A stretch of 47,504 nucleotides of DNA, taken from contig CP070767.1 of NCBI GenBank assembly GCA_020345725.1, positions 1,782,276-1,829,779 of the forward strand. Direction: 5' to 3'. Within the stretch, counting starts at the first letter, position 1, and each line of letters begins with the position of its first letter. Both the position numbers and the translations under genes were made by a program. The DNA comes from Methanobacteriota archaeon (GTDB lineage Archaea; Thermoplasmatota; Thermoplasmata; RBG-16-68-12; SOIM01). The notes under the pieces are model-generated. The model searched no databases. It saw only the letters and a list, made by a program, of their open reading frames with translations, and was not told the DNA's origin. Positions 39,794 through 47,504 of this stretch are shown piece after piece.

Positions 39794-42700
39794 CTATGAT
39801 TCTGCTTCAGCCAATTCCTTGAGGTAGATCACAATCTCTTCATCACCAAGCTGCAACGCAAGTGAGAAAGCGTCCTCGTCTCCCTCCCAGTCCACAGGAC
39901 GGTACTTGAAAGAAGTGCATCGGACTTCTGTGATTATGTCGTCCATCCAGTCCTCTAGAAGAGCCTTCAGCTCATCACTGATGCAAAGCCTGATCTCCAC
40001 GGGAGTCTCTTCCTCAAGACCTGCCTCTCGCTTGGTATTTGCAATCTCCTTAATGATCTCGCCTGCAACTCCCTCGGCCCATAGTTCCTCGGTCTGCCTC
40101 TTGTCCACCCAGACCTTCCCCTTATCAAACTCGTACTCGGCCACACGCTCAGGAACGGATATCTCATAGGACACCATTGTGGAATCGAGGATGACCTGTT
40201 GACCCTCTATCCCAACTGCATAGCTACCTTTGTCAAGTCCAGATTTTATCTTCCACGGGGATTGGGAATTGAGCAGCATCTCGATCTTCCTGCTCCACTG
40301 AGGATACTTCTCCTTGATCTTGTCGCTATTGACGGTTATCTCCAGGTCCAGTCCATCCCAATCTTCACCTGGCCCTAGAACTACCAGTTCCTTGGTCCTC
40401 AAGTGGTCCTGTAGCACTCTCTTGAAGTCGGAAATCATTGTGGCGGAGCTGTCGTCTACCGATTTTATCGCCACCAGCAAGAGGGGCATCTTCTTGTCTA
40501 GATCGATGTCCTTTCGTGCCTGAGATACGCACTGAACGATATCACTCAAGGTTGCTATGTGTCCTCTGAATTCTGGACTGTCGGCCAGATCACCCAGGTC
40601 CTCTATGAACTCTGGAGATAGCTGGACATCTGGAGAGACAACACCCACACCCAAGTCTCTTGGTGGGACACCATCGCCCATATCAGATATGAATTCCCAT
40701 GCAGTGTCCATATCTTCGGTTTCCACGACTTTCCTGGCTTCTTCGATAATCTGGTGCGCACCCTCCGCACCGAATGTGGCGGTAACGAGTGACGACTGCA
40801 GGGATTCAGTGATTGCTTCCTTCTTATCCGTCACAAATATGAGTTCCTTGACAAATTCGTCAATTCCCGACAGTTCGCTCATCAATCCGCTCCAGCTTTC
40901 CAGAATCTGTCCGAACTGATCTTCAATTCTGGCAATGACTTCCAGAACATGTAGGGGCAGTAACATCGGTTCCTGACCAACAACTACTGCTGCGACACTC
41001 ACATACTTCCCCCTTTCCAAGAGTATCTTGCTCTCACCGAAATCCAACCTCTTTAGGCCCACCTTCTCTTTACTTCGGAAGGAGTCCTGCACGAAATCCT
41101 GTACGACGGAGAGCATGCCACTGAAGACATCCTCATCAATCTCCTCACGATACTTCCTGGTCTCGTGGATTATCAATCTTCCATCCCTGTGAATAAGGAA
41201 AACGTCCTCAACGAGGTATGTCCCTTGGGATTCCACTGAGACATTCTTCAGGTCGTCCAGGCGATATTCCTTTTCATCGAAATACCTTTGATAGGAGATC
41301 TTCACATCAATGGGGATGTCCCCTTCCCTGGCAGGTTTCAAGCCGACCTCCACTTCCTTCTTCTCTTTGGCGTCTATGTGAGGTATCTCTTCCAGGCCTT
41401 TCACTTCGAACTCGCCTGAAAGGTCTATGTTTAGGTTCCTTGCAGCAATATTGCCTTCATTTGCTACCTCGAATGTGTATTTGTTCCACGCATCCGTCTG
41501 GAGACCTTTTCTCGGCAACTGCAACTTGATGTCCGGAACCTTGCCCTTGAGATAATCTCCAATCTTCTTGGTAGCTGAACTCTCTGCCCTCTCAATGATG
41601 GTCCTGAGATTCTCAACATCCTCCGGAGCCAACTGTTGGGCATCCCCGAGTATCTTCTCTGCATCGGTAACCTCTATCCCAATCGATCTTGCTCTTTCGA
41701 CCATGTCGCGAACCGAATCCAAGTATCCATCCACCTCAGTTGCAGATAGGAGGTTGCGAGCTTCCACAAGGAGCTTACCAATCTCTTCAAGCGAATCCTG
41801 TGCTGCTTTGTCATCTCCCTTGTCCAAAGCCTCTTCCGCCTGACTGATCTTCTGCTCAACCTCGGCCACATCGATGCCCAAATCCTTCGCCCTTTTAGTC
41901 ATCTGGTCGAACTCGCTCAGCTTTGTCTTGAGGACTTCCGAGGTCAGACTCTCCTCAGTCTTCTTCATCGACTCCCGGAACAACTCCAGATACTTTTCGG
42001 CAGATTCAAAGTCGTCAACCAATCTGGCATCTCTGGCCTTCATCATCAGTTCCCCAGCTTCGCCAGTATCGAAGCCTTGGTTCTGGAGTCTTGTCATGAG
42101 TTCCTTTGCCTTGTCCAGTTGGGTCGCAATTTCGAGTTCTAGTTTCTTGGACTTGGCATCTCCCACGACCCTGTCTATCTTCCTTACTATCGAGTTCACT
42201 TCCCTGGCATCGAACTCTTCGGCTGCTTTGTCTGCATCATCCAACATCAGCTCGGCCTCGTCGATCTCCAAGCCTTCTTTGATGGCTTCCTTGATGGAAT
42301 TCTGAGCCTGCACCAGGGCGTTCTCCAACTGTCCCCGTATTCTGGCCTTTGATTTGGACGCGCTATCTGCAGCATCTTCCACGAACTTCCAAGCAGACGC
42401 ATAATCTTCCTCTTCCAGCAGTTTCTTGGCCTTGTGTAACAGGTCCTGGGCCTGAGAGACATCCGCACCTGCTGCCTGAGCCTCCCTCAGCATTTGGAGC
42501 GTGGACGTTATGACGCTCTCTTCCAGTTCTCCGATGTCCGCCTCTTCATCATCGCTCACGAATATAATCTTCTTGACGATTTCCTCGACACCTTCCATCT
42601 CGCCCAACAGCCCGCTCCAGTTATCCAGCACATCAGCGTACTTCTCTTCGATCTCTTTGACAATCTCGGCCATATAAAGGGGAAGTAGGGAGGGTTCATC

Positions 42701-45700
42701 TCCGGTGAGAACGGTTGCTAGATAGATGTAAAAGCCTCTTTCAATCACTATCTTGTTGTCGCCGAAATCCAGTCTACTGAGGCTCGTGCTCGACCTAGTC
42801 TGAAAAGAGTCTCTGACGAACTCCTGCATCACAGTCAGCATTCCACTGAAAATGTCATCGTCCACATCCTCTCTGAATTCCCGCGTTTCATGAAGAATCA
42901 GCCTTCCGTCATTGTGAACCAGGAAGACGTCATCCACCAGATAGGTGCCCAGTCTGCTGATGTTCAGAGTGGCATCATCTTTTGATTCGAAATTGGTCTC
43001 GTCAAATGGTCTTTTGAAGGAAACCTTAACATCCACAGGAAGCTCACCGTCCTGTCTGGGTTTGAGACCCACCTCCATCTTCTTCTTCTCCTGTGGAAGT
43101 AGACTGGAAATCTTCCTGAGTCCTTTGACCTCGAAGTCTCCCTTGAGGCTTACGTTCACGTCCTCTGCAGTTGTGTTCCCTTCGTTGGTCACTTCAAGAG
43201 TGTATTTGTTCCAGACATCTGATTGGACAGCTCCAACAGGAAGATTGACCATGATCTTTGGATATTTGCCGCGAAGGAACTGCTCGACACGACCGCGAGC
43301 CAGATCTTCCGATTGCTCTATCAACCTCAGAGCGCTTTCATAGTCATGTTCTGCGAAACTCTCCTGGGCAGTCCGGAGCATGTCCTGCAGCTCTTCCGCC
43401 CCCATTCCTGCCTCATCCGATTTTTCAATCAAACGTGTGATCATCTTGCTCTTCTCAACGAATTGCTGGATGAGCTTCTTGGATCTGGATTCCCCGAGCA
43501 TCTCCTTTGCGGTATCGGTGAGCATGGTGACTATTCCATAGTCCTCGGTTTCGTACGCGTCCTCGGCTTTCTTAAAGACGATTTCCGCTTCAGCGATTTC
43601 CCCGAGTCCACTGGTCTTTGCTTCTCCAATCATAATCTGGACTTCTTCCATCTCTCTCCTTGCCCTGTCGCTCAAGAATAACTTCTCGGCCTCAATCAAT
43701 GATCCTCTGGCCATTTCAGCCAGATTATTGAATTTGGAGTATTCCTTTGTATCAATTGCTGCACTCGCCTCTTCAATAAGATCCTCTGCTTCATCCACAT
43801 GTGCTCCGGTGGACCTTGCCAGTTCGATCCCTTTGATGATCGAACCTATGTTCTCCTTTGCTTTCCTCTCAATCAACTTCTCGGTTTCTTCCAGCACTTT
43901 CTGTGCCATTCTTGCGTATTCGATAGATGCTTGGTACTTCCCCTCATCGAAGTAGGTCTTGGCAGTGTGGAGCATTTCCTCAACTTGAGGAGCGGACACA
44001 CCAATCTCCTTCATCCTGTCCAATGAAGATTCCAATGTGTGAATGAATTCCTCCGACCCTTCTCTCAAGGAGGCCATTATTTCCTGCCCGAGCTCCTCAA
44101 TCGTAATGACCGCTTTCTCAGCCTCTTTGAGCTTGCCTTGTTCTGTGGCAGTCTCGGCCTCTGAGAGAAGCTTTTCGGCCTCCGAGACATCTATGTTGGC
44201 CTTCCTAGCGTCATCCAAAAGAAGTCTGACCTTTCCGAGCCTATCCTCTATCTCCTTTCTCCTGGCTATTGCTTCCTCCGGCACCCGTCTCTCCACCATG
44301 CGGTGGGCCGCCTTTGCCCTCTCTATGGATTCCAAGAAACTCTCTTCGCCCAGTAGGTTCTCGGCCGCAAGCAAAGTCTCTTCAACGTCTTCTATGTCGA
44401 ACCCATGAGTCCTGGCATGCATCATAGAGGACTTCGCTTTGAGAAGCAAGTTTTTCGCTCTCTTCTTGGCGAGCCTCACAATCGATTCGAATCTCTCTAC
44501 TTCCTCCATTAGGCCCTCTGCCCTTTCAATATCGCCACTCTCGAACGACCTTTCAATCTTCACCATCATTTCTTCAAGCTCGGACGTATCTTCTCCGTAT
44601 TCCGAGATATCCCTCACGAGATTCCTAAGTCGGAGTATGCGGCGCTGAATCCTATTCTTGCGCTCCTCCAACTCCCAAGCCTGCATGTCCTTCTCCAACA
44701 ATTCCTGAAGATCCCCGACCTTGTCGCTCATTATGGCCCTCTTGAAGTTCTTCAGAAGTTCTTTGGCTCCTACGAGTTCCTTCCCACCCTTGCTTGCCTT
44801 CTCGATAAGTGTTCCAACAGCCCCGACCAGTAGCTCTGTTTCTCTCTTCTTCCTTTCCCTTACGATCCATCTTCGGTTCCTCGTGACCAGGTTCTGCATC
44901 TTGGAGTACTTACCTTCACTCATCGCCTTACTGGCCTCTTCCAAAAGGTCTTCTCCGGCCGAGGTGTCCACACCCATCGATCTTAGTTCTTCCAGATCCA
45001 TGCGGACACTCTGTAGCTTGTCCTCCATCTTCTTCTTGAGCTTGGCATCGGATATCGCTTTCTTCAGACGCCGGGAGAGTTTCTGGACATCTGCGAATCT
45101 CTCGTCCAGAACGGCTTCTCTAGCCTCATTTAGCAACTCCCTCGCCCGAGTCACATCGAGTTCCAGCTTCTCAGACTTCGTGATCTGGTCCCGCATCTTG
45201 TCGATAACATCCTCCACTCTCTTCCTCTTCTTGGCTCGTCTGATTGCATTACGGATATTCTTGACATTCTCGGAAACCTCACCGAAATTTCGATCTTCCA
45301 GCGATGTCTGAGCGGCATGGAGGAACTCCATTGCTTCCGAGATATCCGCACCCATTTCGTTTGCCTGGTCGACGAAAGGAATGACGTTCCCAATCATTCT
45401 CTGGGAACGGAAGAACCTCTTCGCTGCCATCGTCTCCGTTCTTGCCTCTCGAACTAGACCCGGGATCTCTTGGAAGCTGGCTGACTTGAGTGCATTCTCA
45501 GCTTTTCCTATCAGCTCTGACGATACGGACACATCAGCTCCCTGGGCTTTTGCATCCTTTATGAGCGCTTTTGCATTCCTGATCAGAGTCCGCATCCTTT
45601 TCTCTTTCTTGGCATCTGCGGTTTTCTTAGTGCCCTGTTTTTCTGAAGCACTATCTTTGCTATCTGTCTCCGACCGAGATTTTGCACTCAATTTGATCAC
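39794..45700 (-). CDS. 1968-aa helical-repeat protein with two [Ig/CARDB-like + longin/roadblock-like] modules and a C-terminal IleRS-CTD homologue
   Basis: Recurrent GxDxSEAEELL helical repeats; duplicated WNKYTxEVxNEGN and GTYLVxDVFLxHxDGRLI modules; last ~250 aa align by eye with the IleRS C-terminal region; start codon uncertain. Confidence 0.8.
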   Translation of the reverse strand: MIKLSAKSRSETDSKDSASEKQGTKKTADAKKEKRMRTLIRNAKALIKDAKAQGADVSVSSELIGKAENALKSASFQEIPGLVREARTETMAAKRFFRSQRMIGNVIPFVDQANEMGADISEAMEFLHAAQTSLEDRNFGEVSENVKNIRNAIRRAKKRKRVEDVIDKMRDQITKSEKLELDVTRARELLNEAREAVLDERFADVQKLSRRLKKAISDAKLKKKMEDKLQSVRMDLEELRSMGVDTSAGEDLLEEASKAMSEGKYSKMQNLVTRNRRWIVRERKKRETELLVGAVGTLIEKASKGGKELVGAKELLKNFKRAIMSDKVGDLQELLEKDMQAWELEERKNRIQRRILRLRNLVRDISEYGEDTSELEEMMVKIERSFESGDIERAEGLMEEVERFESIVRLAKKRAKNLLLKAKSSMMHARTHGFDIEDVEETLLAAENLLGEESFLESIERAKAAHRMVERRVPEEAIARRKEIEDRLGKVRLLLDDARKANIDVSEAEKLLSEAETATEQGKLKEAEKAVITIEELGQEIMASLREGSEEFIHTLESSLDRMKEIGVSAPQVEEMLHTAKTYFDEGKYQASIEYARMAQKVLEETEKLIERKAKENIGSIIKGIELARSTGAHVDEAEDLIEEASAAIDTKEYSKFNNLAEMARGSLIEAEKLFLSDRARREMEEVQIMIGEAKTSGLGEIAEAEIVFKKAEDAYETEDYGIVTMLTDTAKEMLGESRSKKLIQQFVEKSKMITRLIEKSDEAGMGAEELQDMLRTAQESFAEHDYESALRLIEQSEDLARGRVEQFLRGKYPKIMVNLPVGAVQSDVWNKYTLEVTNEGNTTAEDVNVSLKGDFEVKGLRKISSLLPQEKKKMEVGLKPRQDGELPVDVKVSFKRPFDETNFESKDDATLNISRLGTYLVDDVFLVHNDGRLILHETREFREDVDDDIFSGMLTVMQEFVRDSFQTRSSTSLSRLDFGDNKIVIERGFYIYLATVLTGDEPSLLPLYMAEIVKEIEEKYADVLDNWSGLLGEMEGVEEIVKKIIFVSDDEEADIGELEESVITSTLQMLREAQAAGADVSQAQDLLHKAKKLLEEEDYASAWKFVEDAADSASKSKARIRGQLENALVQAQNSIKEAIKEGLEIDEAELMLDDADKAAEEFDAREVNSIVRKIDRVVGDAKSKKLELEIATQLDKAKELMTRLQNQGFDTGEAGELMMKARDARLVDDFESAEKYLELFRESMKKTEESLTSEVLKTKLSEFDQMTKRAKDLGIDVAEVEQKISQAEEALDKGDDKAAQDSLEEIGKLLVEARNLLSATEVDGYLDSVRDMVERARSIGIEVTDAEKILGDAQQLAPEDVENLRTIIERAESSATKKIGDYLKGKVPDIKLQLPRKGLQTDAWNKYTFEVANEGNIAARNLNIDLSGEFEVKGLEEIPHIDAKEKKEVEVGLKPAREGDIPIDVKISYQRYFDEKEYRLDDLKNVSVESQGTYLVEDVFLIHRDGRLIIHETRKYREEIDEDVFSGMLSVVQDFVQDSFRSKEKVGLKRLDFGESKILLERGKYVSVAAVVVGQEPMLLPLHVLEVIARIEDQFGQILESWSGLMSELSGIDEFVKELIFVTDKKEAITESLQSSLVTATFGAEGAHQIIEEARKVVETEDMDTAWEFISDMGDGVPPRDLGVGVVSPDVQLSPEFIEDLGDLADSPEFRGHIATLSDIVQCVSQARKDIDLDKKMPLLLVAIKSVDDSSATMISDFKRVLQDHLRTKELVVLGPGEDWDGLDLEITVNSDKIKEKYPQWSRKIEMLLNSQSPWKIKSGLDKGSYAVGIEGQQVILDSTMVSYEISVPERVAEYEFDKGKVWVDKRQTEELWAEGVAGEIIKEIANTKREAGLEEETPVEIRLCISDELKALLEDWMDDIITEVRCTSFKYRPVDWEGDEDAFSLALQLGDEEIVIYLKELAEAES

Positions 45701-45945
45701 CGCTTGGTGAGTCTCCGGGCCATTTCTGTTCTCAATTCTGAAAATGGCTCTCGGAAGCAGTAGTGGGGAAAAAGCAAAATAAAGATACTCATGCCTTTAT
45801 CATAAGCGATATTCAGGCTTCATCTCTCTCTGCAAACTGGAGAGGAACATGAAATTGTCTTGAAATTGGCATCAATCAACCATTATCCAGATATTCTCCA
45901 AAATACTGCTCATACAACTGCTCCTCCTCTTAAAATGAAATATTA

Positions 45946-46045
45946 GCGGGTCTGCGGATTTCAACCGCAGGGTCCAGGCATCCTACAACTCTGAGTCCTT
46001 GGGAAGGTTTGTTGGGGAAATACCTAAGCAACCCGTTTGACCCGC
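45946..46045 (-). ncRNA. Putative structured RNA with tRNA-like acceptor stem and T-arm
   Basis: GCGGGUC/GACCCGC stacked on UGCGG-UUGAAAU-CCGCA; long central stem whose G-U pairs work only on the minus strand. Confidence 0.55.
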
Positions 46046-46119
46046 ACGCTCTTGAAAGAAATATAAGAGAAATGGGAAGAGTGTTGGTTTTGTGTGTTTT
46101 GGCTTTAGGCTATGGGATC

Positions 46120-47504
46120 TTAGAACCCATATACGTCCTTGCGGTCTTGTCCAGTCAGTCCACCGTTGCCGTTACCCTCGTTGCCTTCCTCTTGGCCAGG
46201 TGCAAAGCCCCAGTACTCCATACCCATGCCGTAGTGTCCAGTCAGACTCGAAGAGGCTGAATGGGCATGTTCGACATCGTTATGGCCTGATGCTTGGCAT
46301 CCGCCCTCATAGTAGCTGAGCAACATTAGGATAGCTTCCTCGGGAGCCAAAGCGCTTCCGTCCAGCAAGACTAGGTCACCAGGTTCCAGGTTGTGCAACA
46401 TACCGTCGTCGTCATCCATGTCGAATGCTCTGAGGGTTCTGAGCGCATTCTGCCTGTGCCGATAACACGATTGATCGTCACCGAACATCTTGAGGATTAT
46501 CGGTAACGTCAGTGTATCCTGCTTGTCCACACCGCCAAAGGACACGATGATTGCCACGTCCATTGGACCTATTGGTGAACCGGCAGAAACTGTCATGGCA
46601 AAGTAGAATGTAGCTGTCTCCCTGGGCTCCATCTTGCCGTCTGGTCCTATCGTATCTTTGGCAGATAGGCCTTGCATCTTGAATCCCTTGTCGTTCTCGA
46701 TGGCACCGTCTTCCTTGATCTTTATGTCGGTACCGCCAGTGTTCTCTAGTCTGAATGTTCCAACGACTGTACCGCCGGGTTGGACATCACCAGTGAATGC
46801 CCATCTCAGCGAGCCAGGAACGAACTCGAAGTCAGGTTTGGTCAGTGTAATCCAGTAGTAGGTAGGTCCTGCACCATAGTTGCTTGTTCGGACCACCAGG
46901 TCACCGTCCAAGTCGTCAGTGTAGAAGTAGGGTTCCATCTGATTCATCGGAATCATGACCAGTCCAGCTGCCATACCAGCTGCGTCGTAGTAGTACGAGT
47001 AGGTGACTGTCGCCACGACCGGTAATGGAGTTATGTACTGTCCTTTGGCAAACTTCGAAGTTGGTTCAACGATGAAGTTGCCTCCTGGGCCTGCTTCATT
47101 TGGACAGAAGATCAGTATCGCAAACTGGAATATCACGTTGTCCCCGTTTGCGTCACCAGCGTACGAACCTGGGTACAGCCAGATGTTGGCTGTTCTCAGA
47201 TAGGACTCACGAGCGTTTATGAAGAGACAGGCACCACCTAGTGCTTGTCCCGGATATCCCACTGATACGTCCTCACGTGGGAGCAAGGTGTGGCGGTTGC
47301 CATCCTCGTCCGCTGTTCGTACGACCATGGTATGGTAGTACCCTTGGGATGGACCCACATACTGCTGGAATCCTACACCGAACTTCATCGGATAGGTCCT
47401 GAATGTGGTTGTGTCGTATATGGCCCACCATCCGAATCCCCATGCGGGGACAGGTGCTGTCCATGTGAACGATGTGTACACATGGCCGGCCATCGGAAGG
47501 GTTG
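46120..47504 (-). CDS. 5'-truncated probable surface/secreted protein with an Ig-like domain
   Basis: Frame is open to the window end; beta-rich sequence with VQPGGTVVGTFRLENTG, typical of Ig-like domains. Confidence 0.6.
   Translation of the reverse strand, partial: TLPMAGHVYTSFTWTAPVPAWGFGWWAIYDTTTFRTYPMKFGVGFQQYVGPSQGYYHTMVVRTADEDGNRHTLLPREDVSVGYPGQALGGACLFINARESYLRTANIWLYPGSYAGDANGDNVIFQFAILIFCPNEAGPGGNFIVEPTSKFAKGQYITPLPVVATVTYSYYYDAAGMAAGLVMIPMNQMEPYFYTDDLDGDLVVRTSNYGAGPTYYWITLTKPDFEFVPGSLRWAFTGDVQPGGTVVGTFRLENTGGTDIKIKEDGAIENDKGFKMQGLSAKDTIGPDGKMEPRETATFYFAMTVSAGSPIGPMDVAIIVSFGGVDKQDTLTLPIILKMFGDDQSCYRHRQNALRTLRAFDMDDDDGMLHNLEPGDLVLLDGSALAPEEAILMLLSYYEGGCQASGHNDVEHAHSASSSLTGHYGMGMEYWGFAPGQEEGNEGNGNGGLTGQDRKDVYGF

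Noticed and set aside
45946..46045. Cobalamin, FMN or c-di-GMP riboswitch, or a true tRNA
   Set aside because: Only the T-loop-like hairpin is similar; riboswitch core motifs, D-arm and anticodon arm are absent
1..47504. CRISPR arrays, rRNA, IS elements and the many antisense/shadow ORFs
   Set aside because: No spaced repeats, rRNA or transposase motifs seen; the shadow ORFs overlap well-supported genes and have no recognisable motifs

Overview
Archaeal chromosomal window, most consistent with an uncultured Thermoplasmata lineage (inferred from the class II HMG-CoA reductase, long-insert PdxS, DUF835 fusion and style of the secreted proteins). Housekeeping genes include purSLQ, trmI, HMGR, rfcL, taw1, a NOG1 GTPase, pdxS, a P-loop kinase/RNA-binding/AcnX operon and ileS. 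There are two very large secreted subtilases: one is broken by a stop and a frameshift, the other has a WD40 insert and lacks the catalytic Ser. A short serine recombinase sits in AT-rich, palindrome-rich DNA, and two double-wHTH regulators lie in tandem. The most unusual part is the minus-strand block at 35.1-46.0 kb. It holds an unannotated ~100-nt RNA with a tRNA-like acceptor stem and T-arm, a 1968-aa helical-repeat protein ending in a second copy of the IleRS C-terminal domain, and a tRNA-His with a 30-nt T-loop (59/60) intron. It also holds a structured SD-sequestering ileS leader and an IleRS extended by HhH, zinc-ribbon and DUF835-like domains. All assignments come from motif recognition by eye; no searches were run.
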